Shown: one piece after another, positions 41,695 through 51,513 of the stretch
Layout: each line of letters begins with the position of its first letter
How positions within the stretch are numbered: the stretch's first letter is position 1
Source: an uncultured Thermoplasmata archaeon
GTDB lineage: Archaea; Thermoplasmatota; Thermoplasmata; Lutacidiplasmatales; UBA184
Length of the DNA stretch: 64,000 nt
Assembly: GCA_963749205.1 (NCBI GenBank)
Contig: CAVVLW010000006.1
Location: 129,176-193,175 of the forward strand
Reading direction: 5' to 3'
Made by a program: the position numbers and the translations under genes
Notes under the pieces: generated by a model
What the model was told of the DNA's origin: nothing
Seen by the model: the letters and a program-made list of their open reading frames with translations, nothing else
Database searches by the model: none

Positions 41695-42369
41695 ATGCTG
41701 AAGGAGTGCGCCCAACACGGGTATTTCCGGGCCGAGACGTGCCCGGTGTGCGGTCAGCCCGGCCGGTTCCTGATGAACGACCGGGAGCTCGACCATCTCG
41801 GGCGGATCCTGACGGGGATCCTCCGGCACTTCCCGGACCGCTACCAGCTCTCGATCGACGCCCGGGGCTGGGTCTCGCTGCCCCAGATCGTCCGCGCGAT
41901 CGGCCAGAAGCACCCCGCCTACCATTGGCTGCGCACCCAGCACCTGGTCGCGATTGCCGAGACGGACCCCAAGGGGCGGTACGAGGTCCGCGACGACCTG
42001 ATCCGCGCGACGTACGCCCACACGGTCGAGGTCGACCTCGACCTGCCGACCGACAACATCCCCGACCACCTCTACTATCCCGTCACCGAAGAGGAGGTCG
42101 CGATCGTGCTCGAGGTCGGCTTGAAGCCGTCCGACCGGAAGAAGGTCCACCTGTCGAAGACCGCCGGCGACGCCCACTCGGCCGGTTCGGTCCGGACCCC
42201 GAAGCCGGTCATTCTCGAGGTCGACGCGAGCGCCGCCCGCGCGAAGGGCATCGTGATCATGCAGGCCGGAAAGACCGTCTACCTCGTCGACCAGGTCCCG
42301 CCGGAATACCTGCGGCGCACGGAGTTCTCGCCCCCGGCCGACGCGGCGCCCCCGCCGTCGGCCGACTAG
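41695..42369 (+). CDS. kptA: RNA 2'-phosphotransferase (KptA/Tpt1) with an N-terminal zinc-ribbon-like CxxC pair
   Basis: Intact 224-aa ORF. Motifs LRHFPDRYQLSIDARGWVSL, DPKGRYEV, LIRATYAHTV and KVHLS. Confidence 0.85.
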   Translation: MLKECAQHGYFRAETCPVCGQPGRFLMNDRELDHLGRILTGILRHFPDRYQLSIDARGWVSLPQIVRAIGQKHPAYHWLRTQHLVAIAETDPKGRYEVRDDLIRATYAHTVEVDLDLPTDNIPDHLYYPVTEEEVAIVLEVGLKPSDRKKVHLSKTAGDAHSAGSVRTPKPVILEVDASAARAKGIVIMQAGKTVYLVDQVPPEYLRRTEFSPPADAAPPPSAD

Positions 42370-42993
42370 ATCCCGCCGTCCTCGGCGACGTTCGACTCGT
42401 ACGTTCGTCGCGATGTACACCTGGACCGTGATCTCGCTCGCGGCAGGCAACGGGTTCGTGAACACGAAGTAGTACATGTCGGTGTACGGCGCCGCGAAGA
42501 CGATCGCGCCCTGGGCGCTCGGGGTGTTGTTCCACTGGACACCCGAGGAGCCGGTGCCGTTCGTGAACCACGACCACTCGCTCGAATTGTAGATCGCGAC
42601 GGAGATCTCGATCCCGGGCGGGCTGAAGGCGGTGTAGTTGCCCTGGATGTAGTCGCCCCCCGTGATGTTCCCCGAGATCACCGTGAAGTTGCCGGGACCG
42701 AGCGTGTAGGTTCCCGCGGTCGTGAGGGGGTCAGGGACCACGGGGGGCCCCGCGAGCACCGTAGCGATCAGCGTGTAGGCGAGACCGACCGCGACCGCGA
42801 TCACGATCACCGACCGGAGGGTGGCCGTGAGCCGGATTCGGCGGCGGACCGGTTTCGACGCCCGGTCGATCTGCCCCGCCGGCACCGTGTGATCGGCCCC
42901 GCAGATGGGACATTTCGTGGCGCCCGGTGGGACCGCGACGCCGCAGAAGCTGCACGCCCCCCACGTTCCCGGGGTCGGCTCGGGGTCGGTCAC
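42366..42993 (-). CDS. Hypothetical zinc-ribbon / single-TM / glycosylation-sequon-rich ectodomain protein; frame change near the 3' end
   Basis: CSFCGVAVPPGATKCPICG is followed by the TM helix LRSVIVIAVAVGLAYTLIATVLAG. The ectodomain carries NFT, NIT, NYT, NSS, NGT and NNT. The shifted reading ..QVYIAT/TYESNVAEDGGI ends at 42366. The long ORF continuation to 41668 is antisense to kptA. Confidence 0.5.
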
Positions 42994-43068
42994 GGGTGCC
43001 CAACGACCGACGGGGTGCCTTTTCGGCTTTCGTACGAACCGCGGAGCGCCGCCCTCGAGGGCCGGGGT

Positions 43069-44548
43069 CTACCCCTTCCGCTTCGGGGTGCCGAGGTTCA
43101 GGAGGACGTTCTTCGCGTCGCGTGAACGGCTCGAGGGCGCGGACACCCTGCTCGAACCCGAGGCCGCTCCCTTTGACCCCGGCGAACGGGGACTGCGGGA
43201 ACGTGACCGGGGCTTCGTTGACGACGACCATGCCGGCTTCGATGCGCCGCGCGACCGTGTGGGCCGTGGCGAGGTCGCGGGTCCAGAGCGCGGCGAGGAG
43301 ACCGTACGGGGTGTCGTTCGCGGCGCGGATCGCCTCCTCGGTTTCCGTGAAAGAGGAGACCGTGAGGACCGGACCGAAGATCTCCTCCCGGGCGGCTCGG
43401 GCGGTCGCTGGCACGTCGGCGAGGACCGTCGGACGCACGAAGTTCCCCGCTTCGAGCCGCCCGTCCCTCGCCTTCGAGCCGCCGGTCACGACGGTGCCGC
43501 CGCTCGACCGGGCGTCCTCGATGTATCCGAGCACCCGCGCTTCGTGCTCCTTCGATACGAGCGGCCCCATCTCGACGCCGTCCTCGACTCCGGGTCCGAG
43601 CTTGAGGCCTTCCGCGATCGCGCGCACGCGCTCGACGAGCGGGGCCCGGAGGCTCTCGTGGACGATCAGCCGGGACGCCGCCCAGCACATCTGGCCCGCG
43701 TTCCCGAAGATCCCGTAGCCGATCGCCTTCGCCGCGCGCTCGAGGTCGGCGTCCGCGAAGACGACGACCGGCCCCTTGCCGCCGAGCTCGAGGGTCGCGG
43801 GAACGAGCCGGCGGGCGGCGAGCTCGGCGATCCGCTGGCCGACCTCGCCGCTGCCGGTCAAGGTGACCGACCGGCAGCGGGGGTCGTCGACGAGCGCCTC
43901 CCCCACCTCTGCGCCGCTCCCGATCACGACGTTGAAGATCCCGTCCGGGACCCCGGCCTCCTTCGCGAGCCGCGCGAACGCGACCGCGGTAAGGGGAGTG
44001 AGGCTCGCGGGCTTCAGCACGACCGCGTTCCCCGCCGCGAGCGCCGGGGCGAGCGAACGGACCGCGAGGAGCAGCGGGTAGTTCCACGGAGCGATGTGGA
44101 CCGTCACGCCGAGCGGCTCACGGACCGTGTAGTCGAGCCGGCTCCCGGGGACCGGGATCGTCTCTCCCTCGACCTTGTCCGCGAGCCCGGCGAAGTATTC
44201 CAGGGTCCGCACGACGTAGCCCAGGTCGCCGCGGGATTCGCGCAGCGGCTTGCCCATGTTGAGCGTCTCCAGGCGCGCGAGGGCTTCCGCGTGGGCCTCC
44301 ACGAGCACGGCGAGTTTGGAGAGGGCACGCGCGCGTCGGGCCCCGTCGTCGGCGGCCCAGTTCGATTCCCGGAACGCGCGGTCGGCCGATTCCATCGCGG
44401 CGTGCGCGTCGTCCCGCGAGGCGATCGCCGTGCTCGCCACCGGGGCGTTGGTCGCGGGGTCGGTGACCGTGCGGCGCTCTCCCCGGGTTCCGGGAACCTC
44501 TCGACCCCCGATGAACAGCTCGAACGTCGGCTCCGCGGAACTCTCCAT
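43069..44548 (-). CDS. NAD(P)-dependent aldehyde dehydrogenase; frame change near the 3' end
   Basis: VHIAPWNYPLL, the catalytic LELGGKGP and FGNAGQMCWAAS, and EEIFGPVL. The shifted tail ..PFTRR/KNVLLNLGTPKRKG ends at 43069. ATG 44548 is the start, and GTG 44578 is also possible. Confidence 0.85.
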
Positions 44549-44595
44549 GGACTCTCCGCTTCGAGGTCGGTCGACCACTTAGCGGTTCAGGGGGG

Positions 44596-45737
44596 CTATC
44601 GATCCAGGGAATACGCCCGGCCTTTCCACGTGACGGGTCGGTGGCGGAGTCCCCGCACGAGGGACGTGGCGGTCAGGATGACGTACCACCCGATCGCGAT
44701 GGGGTACAGAAAGCCGTAGGCGGCCGGGGCCCCGACGGCGCGGGAGAAGGCGACGTGCTTCCCGAACAACGCGACGTACAGGAACGCTCCGAGCCCGGCG
44801 AGGACCACGCTCCCGGTCTCGAGCCCGAACGGAAGAAGACCGAGGGGGAGCAGGTACAGCCCGACCAGGCTCGCGAGGAGACCGGCCTGTCGCGCGGCCG
44901 AGAAATCGACGCCGTGCGCGTTCTTCAGCAGCCCTTCGAACATCTCGTGCCGGTCCCGGTACATTCGTGTCCGCCCGAGGGCCGGGGTCCAGGCAAACCG
45001 GAGTCGGAGACCGGCGTCGCGGTATCGGCGGGCGATCGCCACGTCCTCCACGAGATGTCCGCGCACGGCTGCGTGCCCCCCGGTCTGTTCATAGGCCCCT
45101 CGGCGGGTGAGCCAGAACTGGCCGTTCGCCATGGCAGCCCGCCGTCCGGGTCGGTCCATGTGCGGCGGACGGTAGTGCATCAGCACCCGCTGGATGAACA
45201 ACGGAAGAATGAGACGCTCCCAGAACCCCACCATCTCCACCTGGAGCCCGACGGTGGCCAGGTCCGCGCTCTCCCCTTGGGCCCAGGCGAGGACCGTTCG
45301 AACCGCGGCGGGGTGGAGTTGAACGTCCGCGTCCACGAAGAGCAGCCAGGGCCCAACCGTGGCGTGGGCTCCCGTCCAGCAGGCCCAGCTCTTCCCGACC
45401 CACCCGGAGGGAAGAGGGGGTTCGGCGAGGTAACGGACGCGCGGACCGCGCGCGTCGATCGCGCCCCGGGTACCGTCGGTCGACCCCCCGTCGACGACCA
45501 CGACCTCGAGGTCGGGGTAGTCCTGGGCGAGCAGGCTGTCGAGCGTCGGGCCGATGTCGGCCTCCTCGTTCCGGGCGGCAATGACGACGCTCAGTCGGCC
45601 CGCTCCGAGACTCGAACGGTCCGGAGGCGCGGGCCGAAGCGGGTGAGCTGGTAGGCGAGCACGATCGCGACGCCCTGGTAGAGCAGAACGACGACCGCGC
45701 CGAGAACGAGGAGCAGGGTGAGCCCGAGTGGGACCAT
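44596..45737 (-). CDS. Family 2 glycosyltransferase with an N-terminal TM helix and a polytopic C-terminus; one frame change
   Basis: ATG 45737 gives MVPLGLTLLLVLGAVVVLLYQGV. After about 45600 the reading is LSVVIAARNEEADIGPTLDSLLAQDYPDLEVVVVDGGSTDGT, then FVDADV and ANGQFWL (ORF 44596..45501). Confidence 0.75.
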
Positions 45738-45799
45738 CCTCGGCGCTTAGACGGCGGCTAATTAAGACCCACCGGCTCCCGCTCGGGAGAGTTCCGTCG

Positions 45800-47392
45800 A
45801 TGGTGACCGTCGAGCACCCGAGAGTCCGCCCCGGCGTTCTCGATGACCGCCTCTATCAGGAGCGGATCGCCGCGACCGCGCTCACCCACAATACGCTCGT
45901 CGTCCTTCCGACGGGTCTCGGAAAGACGGCGATCGCCCTCCGTGTCATCGCCGAGTTCCTCCTGCGCGAGCCGACGAAATCGATCCTGTTCCTCGCCCCG
46001 ACCCGACCCCTGGTCGTGCAGCACGCGCGGAGCGTGGCCGCGACGTTGTTCGCGCCCGAGCCGCTCGCCCTGACTGGGGCGATCCCGCCCGAGCGACGTG
46101 CGGACCTGCTCCGCCCACCCCAAGTCGTGGTCGCGACCCCCCAGGTGATCGGGAACGACCTTCTCGAGGGTGGATTCCCCCTCTCGACGTTCTCCCTCCT
46201 CGTGTTCGACGAGGCGCATCGCGCCGTCGGGGACTATCCGTACGTCGCGATCGGCCGGGCGAACCAGGACGGCCCGAACGCCCGAGTGCTCGCGATGACC
46301 GCGTCGCCGGGCGGTAGCCTTGGGAGGATCCGGGAGGTCTGGAACCACCTGGGCATCGAACGGTTCGAGTACCGCACGGACCGCTCGCCGGACGTCCTTC
46401 CCTACGTTCACGGGATCGGCGTCGAGACGGTCGCCGTCGCGATGCCGCCCGAGGTCCAGGACCTCGCGATCCGATTGCGCGCCGCGGTGCAGCGTCCGGT
46501 CGATACGCTGCGTCAGCTCGGCCTGGTTTCCGGCTCGGAGGTCGGCCGGCGGACCCTGCTGGACGTCGGCGCCGTCCTCCACCGGGGGATCGCGGGAGAG
46601 CGGGCGAGCGGCGCGTCGACCCCGAATCTGTGGAAGGCCGTCACCGCGCAGGCGACCGCGATGAAGGCGTTCCACGCGCTCGAGCTCATCGAGAGCCAGG
46701 GGGTCGATTCGCTGCGGGAGTTCCTGCTCCGCCAGACCCCGACCGCGGGGAAGCGGATGACCCCGGCGCAGCGTTCGTTCCTCTCCGACCCGGACGTGGT
46801 CGAGGTGCAACGACGCCTCGAGCGTCTGACGCTCGAGCACCCGAAGATCGCGAAGACGGTCGAGATCGTCGCCGGCGAGCTGCGGGAGAAGCCCGATGCT
46901 CGCGTCATCGTTTTCGGACAGTACCGCGACACGGTCGACCGGCTGGTCGGCGAGCTGGAGAAGCTCGGCGACCCCGCCGTCCGTCCGGCGCGCTTCGTCG
47001 GTCAGGCGACCCACGGCCGCGACGTCGGGCTCTCGCAGAAGGAACAGGTCCGGCTCCTCGACGCCTTCCGCTCCGGGGCGGTGAACTGCCTGGTCGCGAC
47101 CTCCGTGGCCGAGGAAGGGCTCGACATCCCGGCCACCGACCTCGTCGTCTTCTACGAGCCGATCCCGGACGTGATCCGCACCATCCAGCGGCGGGGCCGC
47201 ACGGGGCGCGCCCGCACCGGCCGCGTCCTCGTGCTCGTCGCCGAAGGGACCCGGGACGTCGGGCTGAACCGGGGCGCGTCCGCGCGCGAGCGACGGATGC
47301 ACACCATGCTCGAACAGGTCCAGGCCGACGCAGAGTCGGGGCGCGGCCTCACGCCCCCTCGCCCCAAGACGGTGCAGACGACCCTGCCCTGA
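45800..47392 (+). CDS. hef: Hef/FANCM-type superfamily 2 helicase, helicase module only
   Basis: ATG 45800. Motifs VLPTGLGKT, LVFDEAHRAVG, MTASPG and VATSVAEEGLDIP..FYEP..IQRRGRTGR. The ORF ends about 60 aa after motif VI with no ERCC4-like nuclease sequence. Confidence 0.8.
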   Translation: MVTVEHPRVRPGVLDDRLYQERIAATALTHNTLVVLPTGLGKTAIALRVIAEFLLREPTKSILFLAPTRPLVVQHARSVAATLFAPEPLALTGAIPPERRADLLRPPQVVVATPQVIGNDLLEGGFPLSTFSLLVFDEAHRAVGDYPYVAIGRANQDGPNARVLAMTASPGGSLGRIREVWNHLGIERFEYRTDRSPDVLPYVHGIGVETVAVAMPPEVQDLAIRLRAAVQRPVDTLRQLGLVSGSEVGRRTLLDVGAVLHRGIAGERASGASTPNLWKAVTAQATAMKAFHALELIESQGVDSLREFLLRQTPTAGKRMTPAQRSFLSDPDVVEVQRRLERLTLEHPKIAKTVEIVAGELREKPDARVIVFGQYRDTVDRLVGELEKLGDPAVRPARFVGQATHGRDVGLSQKEQVRLLDAFRSGAVNCLVATSVAEEGLDIPATDLVVFYEPIPDVIRTIQRRGRTGRARTGRVLVLVAEGTRDVGLNRGASARERRMHTMLEQVQADAESGRGLTPPRPKTVQTTLP

Positions 47393-47397
47393 CCGAC

Positions 47398-47842
47398 CTA
47401 GCGGCCGGTGCTGCCGAAGCCGCCAGAACGACCCCGGACGGGGTTCACTTTTCCTAGGCGGAACTGCGTCGGGAGGTCCTCCACGAGACGCATCTGTCCG
47501 ATCCGGTCCCCCACGTGGATCGCGTAGGTCCCCTCGAACAAGTACGTGAGCGGAACTCGGACCTCCCCGGAGTAGTCCCGGTCGATGGTGCCCGGGGCGT
47601 TCGCCATCAGCACCCCGCGCGAGCTCAACCCGCTGCGCGGTCGAACTTCGAGGAACGTGCCCGGCGGACAGCGCACGCGGAGTCCCGTACCGTACCAGGG
47701 TCACGCGACCGCGCGCGAGCTCGACCGCCTCCGCCGCCGCGAGGTCGAAGCACGCCGACCCTTGAGTCGCGCGGGAGGGGAGCGCGACGCCCGTGGCCCC
47801 CGCGACACGTTCGACGACGACCGTTCGGACTCGGCGGGGCAC
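47398..47842 (-). CDS. dut: dUTP diphosphatase (dUTPase); one frame change
   Basis: GTG 47842 gives ..LPSRATQGSACFDLAAAE in the 45758..47842 frame. VRPRSGLSSRGVLMANAPGTIDRDYSGEV ... RGRSGGFGSTGR is in ORF 47398..47676. The frame change is near 47690. Confidence 0.75.
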
Positions 47843-47867
47843 GGCCCGAGGGAACGCGGGTCTCTCT

Positions 47868-48602
47868 TTACGATTCCCGAACGGGGGTGCCCGACCCTTC
47901 GGTGTCGCTCCCGGTCGACCCCTCGGAGGCGAGCCAGCGTGCGACGAGCCGACCCTCCGCGCGCCGCAGGACCTTTCCGAGACCGGGGGGGCTCCGCCCG
48001 GTCTGCCGGGCGAGGCGGCTCAGCGTGATCCGTCGCGGGACCGTGAAATAACCGAGGACCCACGCCCGCGCGATGAGCTTCGACTGCAAGGGGGTGAGCA
48101 ACGGCGTGGCCCCCTCGGCCGCGAACGGATGGCCCGAGGAGCGCAGGATCTCGTACGGGAACTCCTCGCGGTCGAGCCGCTTCAGCACCCGACGTAATGC
48201 GCGCTCCTCGCCCCGGAACGACGCTACGACCTTATCGGCGTTCAGGCGGAACGGCGCGGTCGGAGCGATCTCCCCTCCGGCGAGCGAGAGGAGGCGACGC
48301 AGCCGTTCGGGATTTCGTTGCCGGACGAGCAGGATGTAGTCGCGCGTGCGGGGACGTCGCTCGACCAGCTCGAAGCTCTCGAGCCCATAGAGCGAGCGGA
48401 TCCTCCGGGATTCCCGTTCGAGTTCGCTCGCGGTGCGGAGCGGGCCGCGTCGGCGAACCCTCAGCAGTTGCAGGCGCCAGCCCTGCTCCAGCCGGAGCGT
48501 CTCGAGGAGTTCGATCTCCTCGTACTTTGCGAAGAGCCCGGGCGGGAGGACTCCCAATAATTCCAGGTCGCCCGATCGGAACTCGAGGGTGACGGATTGC
48601 AT
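47868..48602 (-). CDS. HTH_10 (bacterio-opsin-activator-like) DNA-binding protein
   Basis: The C-terminal motif is LTPLQSKLIARAWVLGYFTVPRRITLSRLARQTG...VLRRAEGRLV. The probable ATG start is at 48602. Confidence 0.65.
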   Translation of the reverse strand: MQSVTLEFRSGDLELLGVLPPGLFAKYEEIELLETLRLEQGWRLQLLRVRRRGPLRTASELERESRRIRSLYGLESFELVERRPRTRDYILLVRQRNPERLRRLLSLAGGEIAPTAPFRLNADKVVASFRGEERALRRVLKRLDREEFPYEILRSSGHPFAAEGATPLLTPLQSKLIARAWVLGYFTVPRRITLSRLARQTGRSPPGLGKVLRRAEGRLVARWLASEGSTGSDTEGSGTPVRES

Positions 48603-48692
48603 GGGCGGACCGCGCGGAGGAGAGGTTCCCATATGAACCTGACCCCCTGGCGTCTCGGTCGGTTAAATAAGGCGGCGGGCTCGCTCGCCGCC

Positions 48693-50177
48693 ATGACGTT
48701 CCGGAACCTGGGCGAGTTCCTCGCCCGGCTCGAGGAGGTCGGGGACCTGGCCCGGGTCGCTCGACCGGTCTCCCGCGACCTCGAAATCACGGAGGTCACC
48801 CAGCGGGCCCTCGGGACCGACGGGCCGGCGCTCCTCTTCGAGAACGTCCCGGGCGCCGCGATGCCGGTCGTAACGAACCTGCTCGGCTCGCCGCGCCGCA
48901 TCGCGCTCGCCCTGGACGCGCCGAACGTCGACGCGGTCGCGGAGCGCGTGGCGCGCCTCGTCCACCTCCGCCCCCCGGCCGGAATACTGGGCGCTGTCCG
49001 CGACCTGTCGGGAACGATCGATGCGCTCTCCACGCTGCGGTCGCTGGCGCCGAAACGTGTCCGGTCCGGGACCGTGCCAGGAGGTCGAGGAGCCGTCCGT
49101 CGACCTCGACCGCTTGCCGATCTTGAAGTGCTGGCCGAAGGACGGCGGCCGGACGATCACCTTCCCGGTCGTCGTCACGTCCGACCCCGATACCGGGGAG
49201 CCCCACACCGGGATCTACCGCCTCCAGCAGTACGGCCCCGACACCCTCGGAATGCATTTCCAGGTCCACCGGGTCGGTGCGAACAACTACCGCAAATGGG
49301 CGGCCCGCGGCGAGAAGATGCCCGTCGCCGCGGTGATTGGCGTCGACCCGGCCACCGTCTTCTCGGGGCTCTCCCCCGTGCCCGAGGGGATCTCCAACTT
49401 CGTCTTCGCGAGCTTTTTGCGCTCGGAGCCGCTCGAGCTCGTCCGGGCCCGGTCGGTCGACCTCGAGGTCCCGGCGCAGGCCGAGATCGTCCTCGAAGGG
49501 TACGTCGACCCGACGGAGCGGCACCTCGAGGGCCCCTTCGGGGACCACACCGGCTACTACTCCGCCCCGGAGCCGTTCCCCGTCTTCCACGTCACGCGCG
49601 TCACGCACCGCGAGCGCCCGGTCTACCTCACGACCGTGACCGGGAAAGCCCCCGACCGAGGACTCGGTCCTCGGCAAGGCGGTCGAACGGGTCTTCCTCC
49701 CGGTCGATCCGGCTCGTGCTGCCAGAAGTGGTCGACATGAACCTGCCGGCCCCGGGGCTGTTCATCAACGTCGGCGTCGTTGCGATCCGCAAGTCCTACC
49801 CGGACCACCCCCGCAAGGTGATGCACGCCCTCTGGGGCCTCGGCCAGATGATGTTCGTTCGGTACCTGATCGTGGTCGACGAGGACGTCAACGTCCACGA
49901 CCTCTCCGAGGTGCTCTACCGCGTGGGCCTCCAGGCCGACCCGGCACGCGACCTCGAGCTCGTCCAGGGACCGGTCGACCAGTTGTCGATCTCGAACCCG
50001 GTGCCGAACATCGGCGGTAAGGTGGGGATCGACGCGACCCGGAAGCGCCCGGAGGACGGGTTCCCGCGTCCGTGGCCCGAGGAGATCCGGTCGGACCCCG
50101 CCGCGAGCCGTGCGGCCGAGCAAGCGATCCGGGAAGACCCGGCCCTCGCGCGGCTCCTCGGTCGGTCGGGTCGGTGA
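48693..50177 (+). CDS. UbiD-family (de)carboxylase (MqnL/UbiD-like); two frame changes
   Basis: ATG 48693 gives MTFRNLGEFLARLEEVGDL. The middle (KCWPKDGGRTITFPVVVTSDPDTGEPHTGIYRLQ, EGPFGDHTGYY) is in the 49021..49740 frame. The C-terminus (DMNLPAPGLF..VVDEDVNVHD) returns to the first frame. Confidence 0.8.
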   Translation: MTFRNLGEFLARLEEVGDLARVARPVSRDLEITEVTQRALGTDGPALLFENVPGAAMPVVTNLLGSPRRIALALDAPNVDAVAERVARLVHLRPPAGILGAVRDLSGTIDALSTLRSLAPKRVRSGTVPGGRGAVRRPRPLADLEVLAEGRRPDDHLPGRRHVRPRYRGAPHRDLPPPAVRPRHPRNAFPGPPGRCEQLPQMGGPRREDARRRGDWRRPGHRLLGALPRARGDLQLRLRELFALGAARARPGPVGRPRGPGAGRDRPRRVRRPDGAAPRGPLRGPHRLLLRPGAVPRLPRHARHAPRAPGLPHDRDRESPRPRTRSSARRSNGSSSRSIRLVLPEVVDMNLPAPGLFINVGVVAIRKSYPDHPRKVMHALWGLGQMMFVRYLIVVDEDVNVHDLSEVLYRVGLQADPARDLELVQGPVDQLSISNPVPNIGGKVGIDATRKRPEDGFPRPWPEEIRSDPAASRAAEQAIREDPALARLLGRSGR

Positions 50178-51076
50178 ACGCACCTCCCGTCCCGCCGGCC
50201 TCGCCGGCGAAGGAGCTCGGGCGCTTTCTCGAGATCCAGAACCTCGGGCTGAACCTGCCGTTCGCGCTCGCGTTCCTCCTCCTCGCGGCCGAGGGGCTGC
50301 CGTCCTTACGGACGGTCGTTCTGGTCGTCATCGCGTTCGTCGCCGCCCGCAACGCCGGTCACAGCTTCAACCGCTGGGCCGACCGCGAGTTCGACGCCCG
50401 GAATCCCCGCACGCGGGGCCGTCTCGTGGCCTCGGGGCGGGCTTCGCCGACGTTCGCGCTCCTCTTCTGTGCCGCCAACGCTGCGGTTCTCGTCACGGCG
50501 GCGTTCTTCCTCAATCCCCTCGCCTTCGTCCTCGCTCCGGTGGCCCTCGCGCTCGTGTTCGGGTACAGCTACACGAAGCGAGTCACCTCGTTCACGACCG
50601 CGTTCCTCGGATTGGTCGAGGCGATCACGCCGGCGGCCGTCTACATCGCCGTGCGCGGCACCCTCCCGCTCCCCGTCCTTCTCGCGGTCGGGGGACTCCT
50701 CGCGTGGGGCACCGCGTTCGAGACGGTCCACAGTCTCGGCGACCTCGCGAGCGACCGGGAGCTGGGGCTCTACTCGCTGCCCGTGCGCCTCGGCCCCGAG
50801 CGGTCGGCGCGTCTCGTGCCCGTGCTCCATGCCCTGGCGCTGGGGCTCCTCGCCCTCTTCGGACTCGCGATCGGCCTCACTCCGGTCTACTTCGGCGCGC
50901 TCGTGGTGATGGGGGTGGTCGCGGCGGTGGGCGACCGCGCCCTGATCCGCCGCCCGACGGAGACGCGGATCCCGTTCAACCGGCACGCGGCCCTGGGGGT
51001 GATTTACCTCATCGGGGTCGTCTCGGCACTGTTCTTCCCGCTCGGTCCGGTATGGATGACGCACGGAATCGCCTGA
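50174..51076 (+). CDS. UbiA-family aromatic prenyltransferase (MqnP/UbiA-like)
   Basis: GTG 50174 overlaps the UbiD-like stop (GTGA). Motifs ARNAGHSFNRWADREFD and HSLGDLASDRELGL (Asp-rich). Polytopic. Confidence 0.8.
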   Translation: MNAPPVPPASPAKELGRFLEIQNLGLNLPFALAFLLLAAEGLPSLRTVVLVVIAFVAARNAGHSFNRWADREFDARNPRTRGRLVASGRASPTFALLFCAANAAVLVTAAFFLNPLAFVLAPVALALVFGYSYTKRVTSFTTAFLGLVEAITPAAVYIAVRGTLPLPVLLAVGGLLAWGTAFETVHSLGDLASDRELGLYSLPVRLGPERSARLVPVLHALALGLLALFGLAIGLTPVYFGALVVMGVVAAVGDRALIRRPTETRIPFNRHAALGVIYLIGVVSALFFPLGPVWMTHGIA

Positions 51077-51130
51077 GTTCGGGGAGAGAGTGAGCTAAAG
51101 AGGCGGGTCTTGTGACGGATTTCGATACCG

Positions 51131-51484
51131 ATGCCGCAGGTGATGATCGGCCTATCGGCCCGCGACCACCGCACGACGAACGAGGTCTGGCGACTCGCGA
51201 AGCGCCACCTGAACCCGGCCGTGCGCCGACGCATCGGGTGGAGGGGGCAGTCGAGTTTCCTCCGTCAGCTCATCCTCTATGGGTTCGAGAAGGCGAGCGA
51301 GAACCCGGCCGAGTTCCTCCGTGAGGTCCGCGACACGCACGACCCACTCTTCGGTAAGCGCGGGCGTTCCGAAGCCGGATCCGAACGACGGGAGGCACTC
51401 CTCCCCGCCTGGGAGGCCTTCTTCCCACCCGCCCCCTCCGGACGCCCGCGCGCGAAGGGCGGCAAGGCGGCCGCGCACGACTGA
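51131..51484 (+). CDS. Hypothetical protein, possible ribbon-helix-helix
   Basis: 117-aa ORF. The N-terminal VMIGLSARDHRTTNEVWRLAKRHL has a strand-helix pattern. The assignment is weak. Confidence 0.35.
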   Translation: MPQVMIGLSARDHRTTNEVWRLAKRHLNPAVRRRIGWRGQSSFLRQLILYGFEKASENPAEFLREVRDTHDPLFGKRGRSEAGSERREALLPAWEAFFPPAPSGRPRAKGGKAAAHD

Positions 51485-51513
51485 AGAACGAGGGCCGGGA
51501 CGAGCGGACGTAC

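Noticed and set aside
45758-47842. 694-aa minus-strand ORF.
   Set aside because: Only its first roughly 50 codons (the dut N-terminus) are meaningful. The rest runs antisense through the Hef helicase gene.
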